Shown here: positions 47,274 through 58,828 of the stretch, piece after piece
How positions within the stretch are numbered: position 1 is the first letter of the stretch
How the letters are laid out: every line of letters begins with the position of its first letter
Source: Polyangiaceae bacterium
GTDB taxonomy: Bacteria > Myxococcota_A > Polyangia > Polyangiales > Polyangiaceae
DNA length: 64,000 nt
Assembly (NCBI GenBank): GCA_965222375.1
Contig: CBDCTZ010000014.1
Location: forward strand, 384,001-448,000
Direction of reading: 5' to 3'
The notes under the pieces: generated by a model
The model's database searches: none
The model's input: the letters and a program-made list of their open reading frames with translations, nothing else
Told to the model about the DNA's origin: nothing
Translations under genes and position numbers: made by a program

Positions 47274-48401
47274 ATGAGGCGCCGAACGCGCTTCATTCTC
47301 ACCGCACACGCGCTGACAGCTCTCACTCATCTAGTGCCAGCGCTTGCGTTGGTGCACTGGGCTGGCCCCATGGGTGCAGCCGTCCCTGGTGCTTTGCTGT
47401 GGGGCGGCGTCGCGGCGAGGCTGCACCGTCTTGGCCACGATCGGCCAAAACCCGCGTGGGTCACGCGTTTGGTGGACGAGCCCGTGTTCGTCCACTGGGC
47501 AGCGTGTGTGTTTGCTTTGGTTTTCTGGCCTGTCGCGGTGGTGGCGCTGCTACTCCTGTCCGCACGCTCTTGGCCGCAAGCGGTCCTAGCCGCCGCAGCG
47601 CCTGCATATGGCATGGGGCTGCTGCTCGCCGCTTGGGGGACGTACGTCAATCGGCGGCGGGTGCGCATCCACCGGGTGGAGCTCAGTTTCACGGACCTAC
47701 CTGAAGCCTTCGACGGCTACCGCATCACTCAGGTCAGCGACCTTCACATCGGCAGCTACGACCGTCGAGCGCGAGGCATGAGCTGGGCAAGGCTCGCGAA
47801 TTCGCTGAACGCAGATCTCACCGTGGTCACAGGCGATCTGGTTACTGCCGGAACGGCTTTCTATTCGGATGCCGCCGCGGTGCTTGGGAAGCTACGCGCG
47901 CCGGACGGAGTCATGGCATCCATGGGTAACCACGACCAATGGAACAACGATGAACTCACCGCGTTGCTCCGAAAAAACGAGATCCGCGTCCTGAAGAACG
48001 AGTGGGTGACGATCTCGCGAGGTGACGAGAGTCTGATCATCGCTGGCTTGGACGACGCATTCACAGGCAAGGCAGACCTAGAGGCGACTCTGGCCGGCCG
48101 ACCCGCGGGCTTCACCGTGTTGCTGTCCCACTACCCGCGGTTTTTCAAGCAGGCGCGCGCCCTCGGCGTGGACCTGACCCTCTCTGGGCACACCCACGGC
48201 GGGCAGCTGGGGATCCCGTGGCTCGCGGATCGCTGGAACATCGCCACCTGGCTGGGACAGTGGCCCCGTGGCACCTTCGGTGCCGAGGGTGCCTTCCTCC
48301 ACGTGAACGCGGGCCTCGGCACGACCGGGCCGCCGCTGCGCGTTGGCGTTCGCCCGGAGATTTCTCTGATCACGCTGCGCCGAGCGTCTGAGGCCTGCTA
48401 G
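47274..48401 (+). CDS. Membrane-anchored metallophosphoesterase (YkuE-like)
   Basis: N-terminal TMs; SDLH, TGD, GNHD, LSH.P, SGHTHGGQ. Confidence 0.9.
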   Translation: MRRRTRFILTAHALTALTHLVPALALVHWAGPMGAAVPGALLWGGVAARLHRLGHDRPKPAWVTRLVDEPVFVHWAACVFALVFWPVAVVALLLLSARSWPQAVLAAAAPAYGMGLLLAAWGTYVNRRRVRIHRVELSFTDLPEAFDGYRITQVSDLHIGSYDRRARGMSWARLANSLNADLTVVTGDLVTAGTAFYSDAAAVLGKLRAPDGVMASMGNHDQWNNDELTALLRKNEIRVLKNEWVTISRGDESLIIAGLDDAFTGKADLEATLAGRPAGFTVLLSHYPRFFKQARALGVDLTLSGHTHGGQLGIPWLADRWNIATWLGQWPRGTFGAEGAFLHVNAGLGTTGPPLRVGVRPEISLITLRRASEAC

Positions 48402-48413
48402 CATCGTGAGCGC

Positions 48414-51400
48414 ATGAAGCTTTCGCCGCTGTGGACTGCGCTCACCGGGCTGACGCTAGCCGCGGGGCCCTTGGGCGTGGGCGTAGCCTCCTGCGCTCGC
48501 CAGAAAGCCCCCAAATCCGCGCGCCCATCGCTGCTGGATTCTCCGGCTGCAGCAGCCACTTTCAAGACTCCCGCCGTCTGGCGTTACCACCCGGCGCGGG
48601 AATCCAATCTGGGGGCTCGCCTGGATCTGCCCGGAGGCGCGATTCTCCTCGCGGGTGACCGTGGCGAGCGCTGGCTAGCGGAGAAGAAGTCCGGGCGCAT
48701 TACCGCTGCGGCGCGTCTGGCCCCAGAACGCCTGGTCTTCGTGATGAAGCGCGAGGATCGTTTCATCTTCGTAGGCCAAGAGGGAACCAGCTACGAAGCC
48801 GAGGAGGCGCTCGGCCCCTTCGTGCGTTCCAGTGCACCATTGGATCGCTTGGCTCGGGTTTCGGCAGCGGCGGGATCCATCGTCGGCGTGACCCGGGGCA
48901 GCAAGCTCGTGCATTCGGACGATGGCGGCACCACCTGGAACGAAGTCGGGCCGGAGGGCAGCCGCTTCATCGATGTGGAAATCACCGAGGCGCGCACCGG
49001 GTTGGCGCTGGCAGTGCCCGAAGCGTGGCATGTCTCGAAAGATGCCGGCAGGACCTGGACGAAATCGGATATCAACCCCGTCGGCGGCGTGCGCCTTCGC
49101 CGACGCGGAAAAGACGAGATCTATGTCGAGTCTGCCCTTGGCCCAAAGCGCTACAAGTCGCCGGGAGGACTGGTGGAGGTGCGCTCTTTGCCGGGGCGTC
49201 AGCGCTATCAGTTGACGAAGCGCCCACCGCGAGGACCGAACGCCGAGGCCCTGAAGGTCGGCCGTGCGTTGCTTCTGGGCGCGAGCTATCTGGAGGTAGC
49301 CTCAACCAAGTCCAAGCGCGGCCGCGGCTGGGTTCTGTGGCGTGGGCCCTACGATGGGCCCTTGAAAAGCGAGCCTTTGGACGTCGCGAAGGGCTGCCGA
49401 AAGCTTCGCCTTTCCGGCTACGGTGACGACCTAGCCCTGCTGTGTTCGCGCAGAAACGTCGGTTCGGCTCAGGAGTTGGAGCTGCAGCTGAGCGAGGATG
49501 CGGGCAAGACCTGGGAGCGAGATGGCGACATCTTCGTGGGAAAGCTCGCTGAGCTTTCCATGGTCATGGCCCGTGGCGGCAAATTCGTCATCACGGGCAT
49601 CTGTGCCCCGAGCGCGCGCACGCGCGGCTGCAGCCCCTATGGCGTCTACTACCGGCGTCGCGTTCTGCCGGATACGGGCAGCACCAAGAAGCTCAAACGT
49701 GCCGTAAAGATCGTGCGAGAGGACGCTGGCGCGGACGGTGACGAGCCAGAACATGAATTTGCATTGGCCGCGACGCCCGCGCTCGCCAAAGTCGCCCAAG
49801 AGCTTGGCGTGTCCGCCGACGGGCGCACCATCTACGCTGTCGGCAAGCGCACCAAGGGAACAGGCTTTGCCATCTACGTTTCCCAGGATGGCGGTAAGAC
49901 CTTCGAGGGCCACGAGATCCCGGACGTGATCGCAGCCAACTCTTTCGCTCCCCGGGACGAGGACTTCGAACACTTCGCGCGGCCACCGCCTCGACGCAGA
50001 AGCGGTGCGCGCGTGGAGAAGCTGGCTGCAGGCGATGACGGGACTCTGGCTGTGGTGTTCCGCGACGGCAGCCGCAGAACCATCGCCATCGCCGACGAAG
50101 AGGGGCGACTGGTTCAGCTTTCCCGGGCACCCACCGAGGCCCGGCTGGTGGGCGCCAGTGGAACTCGCGCCCTGGCCGTGGATCCAGGCTCCCGGCGCGT
50201 ATGGGAGTCTCTCGACGGTGGCAGCAGTTGGGAGCCCGTGGGTCGGCTGCCCCTCGATATTTGCCCCGGGGATTCCGGCTGTGACGTGCCGCTTTCCTGC
50301 ACACCCTTCGGTTGTACCCTGGGTGACGAGCTGTCCCGAGTCGGCTGGCGCGGGCAAGGGGATGACGACATGGGCGTTCTGGCGCCCACCCGCGGCAAAG
50401 CCAGAAGGCTCCTCGACCGTAAAGTGCGCCAAGCCATTACTTGCACCCTCGACGAGGCCGGTTGGGTGGGGCTTGGGGGGTTGGACCAACCACCGAACGC
50501 CAACCAGGCAGCCATCGGCAAGCTGGCCTGGTACGGCTTGGTGCGGGACTTCAAGACAGCTTCGGCGAAGATCATCTCCAGCAAGCGCGGCAACAAAGGG
50601 CGCCTGGACACCACGGTGCTCCTACCGCCCGTGAAGGGTGCCGGGGCGTTTGCCCTGTATGCGTCCACGCAAGTGGAAGGCGCTGCGGCGCTTCGCTATC
50701 GGGCGCCCGCTTCCACTGGGAAGGTGGCGATCCAGGGCGTCGAGGTGGCGTGGGAAAACTACCTGGAGCACAGAAGCGGACGCGGCAAGATCCCGAACGC
50801 GGGGCCCTACGCCCCCGGCGACTATTCCCGGTCGTCCCGAGGTGGGCAGCGGGCCAACGTGGATCTTCTCAGCGTGGCGCAAGGAGGCGTGTATGTCCGT
50901 GTCCACTCACGCCGGCGCAGCGGGCAATCCACCTACTTCTTGGACGGGCGCAATGTTGCCACCCTGCCTCCGGTCAAATGGGGCCGCACGTCGCTGCGGG
51001 CCAAGGTCAGCGAGGCAGTTCGAGTGGGCAAGAAGCATGTCGGAATGCGCCTGCTCGAAAATGGCGCGGTGGTCCAGACCTCGCGACCGGGTGGAGGCGT
51101 GGCTGCGTTCACCACGGGGATTCCGAAGCCAGGGAGTTTCGGGATGTCCCAAACTCGGGATCTCGCCTACGTGGCCGGCAAGCCAGCCTTGCATCTCATG
51201 ACCTACGACCCGAACGGACAGTCCCACACGGCCTTCCTGTTCCCCTTCGCTGCGGCCGGCGCCGCAGTCGGCAAAGCATTGCCGGTACCCATGCTCAGTG
51301 ACACTTCCGGAGTACCCCGTCGCTGCAATGCCGTCGTGCGCAAAGACACCACGCGGCTGGTCGTCCCGTATCAAGGAGGCACGCGACACCCCATCATCGT

Positions 51401-51713
51401 GACGGACGCCACAGAGCCCATGCGCGTCATGCTCACCGCGCGGGCGGTGATGCACGGGAGCGTGGACAATCCCTGCGTCGCAGCATTTGACGCCGAGGGC
51501 ATTCCCTTGGATCCGACAGACAGCGCCGCGCGCTTTGATCGCGCCATCGTGATGCTCGACGACTCGGAGCCGTCCTGGCTGTTCCGGCGCAACACCACGA
51601 CCTCCCCAACGTCTTACGAGGGGCGCGGCATGAGCTGTCGCTTCGATCCGAATGCGGATGTGCCCCTGGAAGTCTATTCGGCACCCGGGACCGTGGTTGG
51701 CCGAGCCTACTAG
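48414..51713 (+). CDS. Large lipoprotein with Asp-box (BNR) beta-propeller repeats
   Basis: Lipobox [44 protein letters not shown]. Confidence 0.75.
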   Translation: MKLSPLWTALTGLTLAAGPLGVGVASCARQKAPKSARPSLLDSPAAAATFKTPAVWRYHPARESNLGARLDLPGGAILLAGDRGERWLAEKKSGRITAAARLAPERLVFVMKREDRFIFVGQEGTSYEAEEALGPFVRSSAPLDRLARVSAAAGSIVGVTRGSKLVHSDDGGTTWNEVGPEGSRFIDVEITEARTGLALAVPEAWHVSKDAGRTWTKSDINPVGGVRLRRRGKDEIYVESALGPKRYKSPGGLVEVRSLPGRQRYQLTKRPPRGPNAEALKVGRALLLGASYLEVASTKSKRGRGWVLWRGPYDGPLKSEPLDVAKGCRKLRLSGYGDDLALLCSRRNVGSAQELELQLSEDAGKTWERDGDIFVGKLAELSMVMARGGKFVITGICAPSARTRGCSPYGVYYRRRVLPDTGSTKKLKRAVKIVREDAGADGDEPEHEFALAATPALAKVAQELGVSADGRTIYAVGKRTKGTGFAIYVSQDGGKTFEGHEIPDVIAANSFAPRDEDFEHFARPPPRRRSGARVEKLAAGDDGTLAVVFRDGSRRTIAIADEEGRLVQLSRAPTEARLVGASGTRALAVDPGSRRVWESLDGGSSWEPVGRLPLDICPGDSGCDVPLSCTPFGCTLGDELSRVGWRGQGDDDMGVLAPTRGKARRLLDRKVRQAITCTLDEAGWVGLGGLDQPPNANQAAIGKLAWYGLVRDFKTASAKIISSKRGNKGRLDTTVLLPPVKGAGAFALYASTQVEGAAALRYRAPASTGKVAIQGVEVAWENYLEHRSGRGKIPNAGPYAPGDYSRSSRGGQRANVDLLSVAQGGVYVRVHSRRRSGQSTYFLDGRNVATLPPVKWGRTSLRAKVSEAVRVGKKHVGMRLLENGAVVQTSRPGGGVAAFTTGIPKPGSFGMSQTRDLAYVAGKPALHLMTYDPNGQSHTAFLFPFAAAGAAVGKALPVPMLSDTSGVPRRCNAVVRKDTTRLVVPYQGGTRHPIIVTDATEPMRVMLTARAVMHGSVDNPCVAAFDAEGIPLDPTDSAARFDRAIVMLDDSEPSWLFRRNTTTSPTSYEGRGMSCRFDPNADVPLEVYSAPGTVVGRAY

Positions 51714-51825
51714 GCGACCCGCCGACCAAAACCCGCTGACCTGCGCGCCGAATCCGACGTTGCTGAAGCCAGGGCGCCCCGCCTGCTGGCGCTCCGGCGC
51801 CCACTGTTTTAGGCCTGCCGCTGCC

Positions 51826-53130
51826 ATGATTGCTCGCTACACCCCGGAAGATTTCGCAGAGTTGTGGTCCGACGCCACCCGCTACGCCACTTGGCTCGAG
51901 GTCGAACTGGCGGCCTGCAGCGCCATGGAAGAGGCGGGCCTCGTGCCGGCGGGCACGGCTCGTGAGATCGAGGCCAAGAAGCTGAAGCTCGATCCCAGCG
52001 AGATCGAGAACATCGAAAAGACCACGCGCCACGACGTGATCGCGTTCCTCACTCACGTGGAGCGGCTGGCAGGTGCTCCCGCCAAGTACCTGCATCGCGG
52101 TATGACCTCCAGCGACGTACTGGATACGAGCTTCGCGCTACTCCTAGTACGCGCGGCCGACGCGTTGATAGAGCGCACCAAGGGACTAGAAGTCGCTCTC
52201 GCAAAGCGCTCTCGGCAGCACGTAGCCACGCCCACGATTGGTCGCTCCCACGGCATTCAAGCGGAGCCTGTGACCTTTGGCATGGTGCTTTCGGGGCACT
52301 ACGCCGAAATCAAACGTGGCCGCCGTCGCCTCCAGTCCGCCCGGGAAGAAATCGCCGTCGGCAAAATAGCTGGAGCTGTCGGCACCTACGCCCACCTGAC
52401 GCCCGCCATCGAGGCCCAGGCTCTAGGCCAGCTGGGGCTCACTCCCGAAACCGTTTCGACTCAGGTTGTCGCGCGGGATCGCCACGCGGCGTTCTTCTCG
52501 GCCATGGCGCTACTGGCCGCCGGCATCGAGCGGCTCGCGACCAACATTCGCCATCTGCAACGGACGGAAGTTGGCGAAGCCGAAGAGAAGTTCTCGGCGG
52601 GGCAGAAGGGCTCCAGCGCGATGCCCCACAAGCGCAATCCGATCCTCAGCGAGAACTTGTGCGGCCTGGCGCGCATCGTGAGAAGTGCCGTGGCGCCCGC
52701 CCTCGAGAACGTGGCACTGTGGCACGAGCGTGACATCTCGCATTCCAGCGTAGAGCGCATGATTGCCCCGGACGCCACCACCACGCTGGCGTTCATGCTC
52801 GACCGCGCTACCCGGTTGGTGGACGGCCTCGTAGTTTACGAGGACAAGATGCGCGCCGGCCTGGATGCGGGCCGAGGCCTTTTCTTCAGCGAGGCCGTGT
52901 TGCTCGCTCTGGTCGACAAGAAGCTTGCTCGCCAAGCTGCCTATGAACTCGTGCAGAAGAACGCCATGCGGGCGTTTGCGGGGGAGGGCGAGTTGGTCGA
53001 GTTGCTATGCGCGGACGACGCGATCCGAAAGCACCTTTCCGAGGACGAGATCCGCCACTGCTTCGACCTGGATCACGCTCTTCGCCATTGCGCTGCGGTT
53101 GTCGAGCGCGCTTTGGAGGGAGCTGAGTGA
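51826..53130 (+). CDS. purB: Adenylosuccinate lyase
   Basis: [46 protein letters not shown]; start reassigned to ATG 51826. Confidence 0.97.
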   Translation: MIARYTPEDFAELWSDATRYATWLEVELAACSAMEEAGLVPAGTAREIEAKKLKLDPSEIENIEKTTRHDVIAFLTHVERLAGAPAKYLHRGMTSSDVLDTSFALLLVRAADALIERTKGLEVALAKRSRQHVATPTIGRSHGIQAEPVTFGMVLSGHYAEIKRGRRRLQSAREEIAVGKIAGAVGTYAHLTPAIEAQALGQLGLTPETVSTQVVARDRHAAFFSAMALLAAGIERLATNIRHLQRTEVGEAEEKFSAGQKGSSAMPHKRNPILSENLCGLARIVRSAVAPALENVALWHERDISHSSVERMIAPDATTTLAFMLDRATRLVDGLVVYEDKMRAGLDAGRGLFFSEAVLLALVDKKLARQAAYELVQKNAMRAFAGEGELVELLCADDAIRKHLSEDEIRHCFDLDHALRHCAAVVERALEGAE

Positions 53131-53864
53131 GCCTACGCGGTAAAAGCGTTGCCGTCGTCGTGCCGGCCTACGCCGAGGCAGCGCACATCCACCGCGTGTT
53201 GTGCGGCATGCCCGATTGGGTTGACCATATCTTGGTCGTGGACGACGCCAGTCCGGATGCGACCGCTGCGGTGGTGCTCGAGGCAGCGTTGCCCAAGGTG
53301 CGCCTGCTGTCGCACCCTCGGAACCGGGGGGTCGGTGCCGCCATCGCCACGGGCTACGACGCCGCGTTACTGATGGGCGCCGACGTCATTGCCGTGATGG
53401 CCGGCGACGGCCAGATGGATCCCGAAGATCTCCTCGCCGTGGTCACACCCGTGCTCGAGGGCGACGCGGACTATGCCAAGGGCAATCGCTTCGTTCACCC
53501 CCGCGCGCGCGACATGCCCATGTTGCGCAGACTGGGCAGCGCCGCCCTGTCCCTTTGGACCCGCCGCTTGACCGGGCTGGTCATAAGCGACACTCAATGC
53601 GGCTTCACCGCAATCGCAGCCAGCGCCGCCAAGAGCGTGCCCCTGGGCGAGCTCTGGCCTCGCTACGGTTACCCGAACGATCTCCTGGGCATGCTGGCCG
53701 CGCAAGGGTTGCGAGTGTTGGACGTGCCGGTGCGGCCCGTGTACGCCAATGAAGCCAGCGGTCTGCGGGCTTGGCACCCGCTGCTCATCGGCTGGGTCGC
53801 GTTGCGTCGTCACCTTCGCATTCGACGAAAGCCTCATCCCGTGAGGTCGACTGGCACCGTCTGA
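53127..53864 (+). CDS. Glycosyltransferase family 2 (polyprenol-phosphate glycosyltransferase-like)
   Basis: VVVPAY.E, VVDDAS.D, NRGVGAA, MAGDGQ, KGNRF, DTQCGF. Confidence 0.88.
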   Translation: MSLRGKSVAVVVPAYAEAAHIHRVLCGMPDWVDHILVVDDASPDATAAVVLEAALPKVRLLSHPRNRGVGAAIATGYDAALLMGADVIAVMAGDGQMDPEDLLAVVTPVLEGDADYAKGNRFVHPRARDMPMLRRLGSAALSLWTRRLTGLVISDTQCGFTAIAASAAKSVPLGELWPRYGYPNDLLGMLAAQGLRVLDVPVRPVYANEASGLRAWHPLLIGWVALRRHLRIRRKPHPVRSTGTV

Positions 53865-54526
53865 TGGTGGACGGATCCGGTGCAGTTCGGGAGGTCGCTC
53901 CGGCCAGCTGTCCAGCCGGGCCCGAGCGGCGCGGTCGACGCGCGCTCTGGGTCATCTTGGGCGCGCTCGTGGTGTTGCCCGGCGCGTACTTCGCCTACGC
54001 TTGGCTGACCTATCCCAGCGACAAGACGCCTGAAGGCGCGTATCTGCGAGTGATGAGTGCCGTCAACCGCGGCAGCGGACAAGATCTCTTCCACTACACC
54101 GAAACCGAGTCGCAACACGCCTGCTACACGATTCGGGACTTTCGCAAGAAGGCGCGAGCCAGCGTGATGCGCGGCTACCCGGAGCCCCAACGCACGGAGC
54201 TCAGCGAGCAGTACAAGCCCTTTGCCGAAGCGCCGGATGGCAAAGATGTATTCGCCATCTACGCCGAGCGCCAGGGCTATCTCAATCGGCTGCGCCGGGA
54301 TCTCTCGGGCATCGCGAAAGTCGAGACCAGCGGCGAGCGCGCGAGCGTGCAAACCGTCAAGGGCACTCGTTATCCGTTCCGGCGCCGCGACAATGGCATG
54401 TGGGGACTCACCCTGTTCACCGCAGAGCTCGCGCAAGAAGCACAACGCGCGGCGCGAGATGCCGCGCTTGTCGAGAAGGCCGCCCAGGACTACGAACGCG
54501 CGCGTAAGCGCGACCAAAAGAAGTAG
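53864..54526 (+). CDS. Hypothetical single-pass membrane protein
   Basis: TGATG coupling, one TM, NTF2-like pattern (TPEGAY...F.R..NGMW). Confidence 0.7.
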   Translation: MVDGSGAVREVAPASCPAGPERRGRRALWVILGALVVLPGAYFAYAWLTYPSDKTPEGAYLRVMSAVNRGSGQDLFHYTETESQHACYTIRDFRKKARASVMRGYPEPQRTELSEQYKPFAEAPDGKDVFAIYAERQGYLNRLRRDLSGIAKVETSGERASVQTVKGTRYPFRRRDNGMWGLTLFTAELAQEAQRAARDAALVEKAAQDYERARKRDQKK

Positions 54527-54530
54527 GATC

Positions 54531-54965
54531 TCAGCGCGGGTTGCGCGTCTTGACGTCTTCGTAACCGTAGCCCGGCGGAATGCCAGTCTCCACGGGCAAA
54601 TCCTTCCGACTCCAGCCTGGATTCAGTCGGCCGAAGGCGTCCTTGTTTCCTTCCCAGCCCGTCAAAAGATCTGCCATTTGTGTGTAGCCAGCGCCGACCA
54701 GCATTTCCGCCGCGCGCCGCGACCGACCACCGCTGCGACAGCCGAGTAGAAGCTTCTCGCTCTTGCCGAAGCAGCGCTGCATCACTTCCATGAACTCGGG
54801 GTTGGGCTGCATGCCGCCCGGGCCCATGTTCAAGAGTGGAACGTTGAACGAATGCGGAACGTGTCCAGCCTCGAACTCCGGCACACTGCGCACGTCCACA
54901 TACACCCAGCCGTCCTTCATCAGTTCGACTGCCTCTTCCGGGGACACGCCCTTGATATCCGCCAC
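54531..54965 (-). CDS. Rhodanese-like protein
   Basis: VDVR...EF.AGHVP.S.NVP, CRSGGRS active loop, L.GW. Confidence 0.9.
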   Translation of the reverse strand: MADIKGVSPEEAVELMKDGWVYVDVRSVPEFEAGHVPHSFNVPLLNMGPGGMQPNPEFMEVMQRCFGKSEKLLLGCRSGGRSRRAAEMLVGAGYTQMADLLTGWEGNKDAFGRLNPGWSRKDLPVETGIPPGYGYEDVKTRNPR

Positions 54966-55077
54966 GCCGCACTTCCTCCGTTTCGTGAGTTCGTCTAGCG
55001 TTTCCCGGCCCGGATCGCCAGTGGACTCGACCTTTCGCTTGGCTCACGGGCCGACCCAGCGTTAGGCTGGTCAGCGA

Positions 55078-56745
55078 GTGCACCAACAGCTCGGCCCCGC
55101 TGCCGTCAGAGTCGTTCCATTGGGGGGGTTGGGCGAAATTGGCATGAATTGTCTCGCTCTAGAGCAGCGGGACGGCATCGTCGTGGTGGACTGTGGGACC
55201 GCCTTTCCCGAGTCGGACCTCGGAATCGACGTGATCCACCCAGATTTCTCCTGGCTGGTGGACAACGTCGATCGCCTCAGCGGGGTCGTGCTCACTCACG
55301 GCCACGAGGATCACATCGGGGCAGTTTCGTTTCTACTCAGCGAGGTGGACGTGCCGATTTGGGCGCCGGCTCACGCTCGGGCCTTGGTCGAGAGGCGACT
55401 CCCGGAGCGGGGCTTTTCCCTCAAAGAAGTTCGCTTCCGCGATCACCGCGTGGGGGAGCCCTTCAAGGTTGGGCCTTTCGAGATCGAATCCATTCGCGTC
55501 GCGCATTCCATTACCGATGCCACCGCACTGGCCATTCGCACGGCGGCAGGGCTGGTGCTGCACACCGGGGACTTCAACTTCGACCCAGATCCGCCTGACG
55601 GCGAGCCCACGGACGAGGCCCGACTGCGCGAACTGGGGGACGAAGGCGTGGGGCTGCTCCTGAGCGACAGTACCAACATCGACGTGCCGGAGCGGGCGGG
55701 TTCGGAGCGGGAGGTCGCTGAGGCGCTCCGCCGGATCGTCGCCGCCGCGAAGAATCGCGTCTTCATCGTCATGTTCGCCAGCAACGTACAGCGCCTTCGC
55801 TCCCTCGGCGACATCGCTCAGGAGAGCGGCCGCAAGATCTGTCTGTTGGGGCGATCCTTGGGCAACCACGCGGAGATAGCCAAGGCCCTCAGGCGCCTGG
55901 ATTGGCCGAGCGATCTAGTGATCGCGCCGGAGCAGGCCCGGGACCTGCCCAGGGATCGCGTACTGGTCTTGGCCGGGGGATCCCAGGCCGAACGTGCCTC
56001 GGCGATGCGTAGACTGGCCTGGAACGAGCACGGCCAGATGGAAGTCAGCGAGGGCGACGACGTCGTCTTTTCGAGTCGAGTCATTCCGGGAAACGAGCGC
56101 GTCGTGTTCGCCATGATGTGCGACTTGCTTCGCCTGGGCGTGAAGCTGCACACCCGGGTTACCGACCCGAGCGTGCACACCAGCGGTCACGGTGGTCGCT
56201 CAGAGCAGCGCAAGATGCTCGAGCTGATCCGGCCCAAGGCCTTCATTCCCGTGCACGGCACCTTGCACCACCTGCTACGCCACGCGGAGCTAGGCCGGGA
56301 AGTGGGCGTCGACAGCGTAGACGTGATCGAGAACGGCAGCACGGCTGTCTGGGATGCCGATGCCGGCTTGAGTCGGGGAGCGAACGTGCCACACGGCAAG
56401 ATCGACATTGCCATGGGGGGAGAGCCCCTCGAAGGCGACGTCCTGAAGCGTCGCGCAGATTTGGGTCGCACGGGCTGCGCCCTCGTGAGCGTGGTGGTGG
56501 ACGCGGAAGAAAAGATGGTGGCGCCGCCCAGCGTGACCACCCGAGGCATTCCCGCGGTGGATGACGATGAACACGCACTACGCGCGGTTGCCCGCGCTGT
56601 GGAGGAACAGCTCCGGATCCGGCGCAAGCGTCGGCGAGGTACTCTGCCTCTGGAGGAAGAAGCCCGGCGCGCCGCACGCCGCGTCTTGCTGGACGAAAGC
56701 GGCGTGCGCTCCCAGATCGACGTGCACGTGCTGCGACTCCAGTAG
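55078..56745 (+). CDS. rnj: Ribonuclease J
   Basis: PLGGLGEIGMN, THGHEDHIG, HTGD, SDSTN, FASN..R, IPGNE, HTSGH, PVHG. Confidence 0.93.
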   Translation: MHQQLGPAAVRVVPLGGLGEIGMNCLALEQRDGIVVVDCGTAFPESDLGIDVIHPDFSWLVDNVDRLSGVVLTHGHEDHIGAVSFLLSEVDVPIWAPAHARALVERRLPERGFSLKEVRFRDHRVGEPFKVGPFEIESIRVAHSITDATALAIRTAAGLVLHTGDFNFDPDPPDGEPTDEARLRELGDEGVGLLLSDSTNIDVPERAGSEREVAEALRRIVAAAKNRVFIVMFASNVQRLRSLGDIAQESGRKICLLGRSLGNHAEIAKALRRLDWPSDLVIAPEQARDLPRDRVLVLAGGSQAERASAMRRLAWNEHGQMEVSEGDDVVFSSRVIPGNERVVFAMMCDLLRLGVKLHTRVTDPSVHTSGHGGRSEQRKMLELIRPKAFIPVHGTLHHLLRHAELGREVGVDSVDVIENGSTAVWDADAGLSRGANVPHGKIDIAMGGEPLEGDVLKRRADLGRTGCALVSVVVDAEEKMVAPPSVTTRGIPAVDDDEHALRAVARAVEEQLRIRRKRRRGTLPLEEEARRAARRVLLDESGVRSQIDVHVLRLQ

Positions 56746-56820
56746 CGTAAATATTTGAAACTATTGGTTAATTTGTGCTGATCGGGGGCAAGCTCGAGGG
56801 TCGCGCTAGGCTGACGCCGC

Positions 56821-57930
56821 ATGACGAGCAGGATCGTTCTAATCGCCACCGCTGGCTTGTGCGCGCTGTTGGCGGGCTGTGATCGCGGCGCGGTCGCCGA
56901 GCCGAGCCCGCCGCCGGCAAAGAAGCGGCCGCCCGCTCCGACGAGAAGCCCGACGGTGCTCGACGACAACAGTTTTCGGATGCCCGCCGCTGCCCGGGTA
57001 GTTGCGATCGGTGATGTGCACGGTGACATCGCTGCCACGCGCACGGCCCTCAAGCTGGCCGGCGCTATCGACGACAAGGACGAATGGATCGGCGGTAAGC
57101 TCGTGGTCGTTCAGACCGGCGACCAGCTCGATCGCGGCGACGATGAACCGGAGATCCTCGATCTCTTCGAGGCCCTGGAGAAGAAGGCAAAGGCTGCTGG
57201 AGGAGGCTTCTACGCCCTCAACGGTAACCACGAAGTGATGAATGTGGCCGCAGATTTTCGATACGTCACCGAGGACGGTTTCGTCGACTACAAGGACGCC
57301 CAGCCCACCACCGGTAGTGTGAAGCGTAGAGTCCAAACTCTCGATCCCAAGATGCGCGGTCGCGCTGCGGCTTTCTTGCCGGGTGGGCCTCAGGCCAAGC
57401 GCCTTTCCCGCCGCCCCATCGGAATCGTGGTCGGCGACACTGCCTTCGCCCACGGCGGGATCCTCCCGGGCCACATGCGCTACGGTCTCGGGCGCATCAA
57501 CGACGAGACGCGCAAGTGGATGGAGGGTCAGACTGCCAAGGCTCCCGAGATCTTGCAGAGCCAGGATTCGCCGATCTGGACCCGGGCCTATTCGGACGGC
57601 ACGCCTAGCGCGCGCAGTTGTGCCGCCCTCGGGCGTGCTCTGACAATGCTCCAAGCCAAGCGCATGGTCGTCGGCCATACCGTGCAAAAAGAGGGCATCA
57701 CTTCCGGCTGCGGCGGCCGCGTCTGGCGCATCGACGTGGGGCTCGCCAAGCACTACGGCGGCAAGCCCCAGGTGCTGGAGATCAAAGGCGGCGTCGTCAC
57801 AGCCCTAGGCAAGGATGGACCCATCCCCGCCGCCAGCGCACCGCCCGCAACCTCGGGCCGTCCGGTCTTGGTCGCGCCGACCCGCCGCGGTCTCTCCAAG
57901 AAGCCCACCACCCTGCCCGCCAACCCCTGA
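56821..57930 (+). CDS. Shewanella-like phosphatase (PPP-family metallophosphoesterase), probable lipoprotein
   Basis: LAGC lipobox; GDVHGD, QTGDQLDRG, GNHE.MN, HGG, VGHT.Q, IDVG. Confidence 0.88.
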   Translation: MTSRIVLIATAGLCALLAGCDRGAVAEPSPPPAKKRPPAPTRSPTVLDDNSFRMPAAARVVAIGDVHGDIAATRTALKLAGAIDDKDEWIGGKLVVVQTGDQLDRGDDEPEILDLFEALEKKAKAAGGGFYALNGNHEVMNVAADFRYVTEDGFVDYKDAQPTTGSVKRRVQTLDPKMRGRAAAFLPGGPQAKRLSRRPIGIVVGDTAFAHGGILPGHMRYGLGRINDETRKWMEGQTAKAPEILQSQDSPIWTRAYSDGTPSARSCAALGRALTMLQAKRMVVGHTVQKEGITSGCGGRVWRIDVGLAKHYGGKPQVLEIKGGVVTALGKDGPIPAASAPPATSGRPVLVAPTRRGLSKKPTTLPANP

Positions 57931-57944
57931 CGCACCCTGCCGAC

Positions 57945-57971
57945 AACTTATATGCATAGTGCATATAAGTT
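57945..57971. repeat. Perfect AT-rich 12-bp inverted repeat at the left edge of the accessory islet
   Basis: AACTTATATGCA-TAG-TGCATATAAGTT. Confidence 0.85.
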
Positions 57972-58230
57972 AGTTGGGGGTTTGGGATGCAACAGAGCTG
58001 CGGTGGAACTCGCAGCAAGCGAGATGGCGCTCCCGCCCGCGGTTCGGAGATCACCCGCCACGCGTACCAGCGCTGAGCGGCAGATGTCACGGCTTCATCA
58101 GCGACACGAACAACAAGCGCTCACCAACCCTGAATTGCGCCCGTCGATTCGACGAACTGAGCAAACCTCTCCAACGACACTCCGCGCCACCTCTTGCTTC
58201 CCCTGGCCGCCCATAGGATCGCGTTGGGCT

Positions 58231-58362
58231 TCACGCGAAGGCGACCAACAGACGCGCCATTCCGGTCGACGATGTGGTGCTCATAGAAGCGAAGCTCAAG
58301 CAGGGGTGGGGATTGGCAGCTGTGGCTTCCAACTTGCTCTGTTTGAAACTCTTCGTGCTCAT
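58231..58362 (-). CDS. Small 43-aa Ser/Thr-rich ORF (or truncated gene start)
   Basis: TGA-GAAAGGAAATTCAACA-ATG: strong RBS directly after the upstream stop codon. Confidence 0.45.
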   Translation of the reverse strand: MSTKSFKQSKLEATAANPHPCLSFASMSTTSSTGMARLLVAFA

Positions 58363-58378
58363 TGTTGAATTTCCTTTC

Positions 58379-58822
58379 TCAGTCCTTTTTGAATGGCAAG
58401 GTCTTGATAAAGTCACCGAGCCTATCGGCTTCCCGCTGTGTGAGATCCGCGGGGAGACGGAATTGGAGCTCCGCGCCGGGTCGGAGAACGTATCGGTGCG
58501 GAATCATCGATTCCGGTACCGCTTTCGCCGAACCGTCGGGCTCGCATCCATCGGCGAGGGCTTGGGCTGCTATGCGAGCGATGTCGAGCGTTTCAGCCCA
58601 AACAAATCTGGATTGGCGCCCACGGCGGCCGACCATGAATTCACCGAGGTCGAGTTCCTCCAATTGACGAAACAGTTTCACCACCTCGCTACGGGTCGCC
58701 TTGTGCGTGTCCTGAACCGCGTCGACCGCAACTTCGCGCCTGGGTCTCTGCTGGTCAGATAGGCGGCGCATGAACGATTCGGCCAATTCTGAGTCGTTAA
58801 CAAGTCTAGATAGCGGGTCCAT
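58379..58822 (-). CDS. Hypothetical winged-helix-like protein with C-terminal LP.DLT..EA.RL domain
   Basis: RSEVVKLFRQLEELDLGEFMVGRRGRQSRFVW (helix + wing) and HRYVLRP...LPADLTQREADRLGDFIKTLPF; start 58822 or 58828. Confidence 0.7.
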   Translation of the reverse strand: MDPLSRLVNDSELAESFMRRLSDQQRPRREVAVDAVQDTHKATRSEVVKLFRQLEELDLGEFMVGRRGRQSRFVWAETLDIARIAAQALADGCEPDGSAKAVPESMIPHRYVLRPGAELQFRLPADLTQREADRLGDFIKTLPFKKD

Positions 58823-58828
58823 AAGCAT

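Noticed and set aside
56746..56780. AT-rich patch with an IHF-like word between rnj and the phosphatase gene
   Set aside because: A single imperfect match with no associated sigma54 promoter or recombination site
58169..58229. attC-like site (CTCCAAC...GTTGGGC, 61 bp) just after the small ORF stop
   Set aside because: The inner L boxes pair poorly and no integrase is present; IntegronFinder would be needed to revive it
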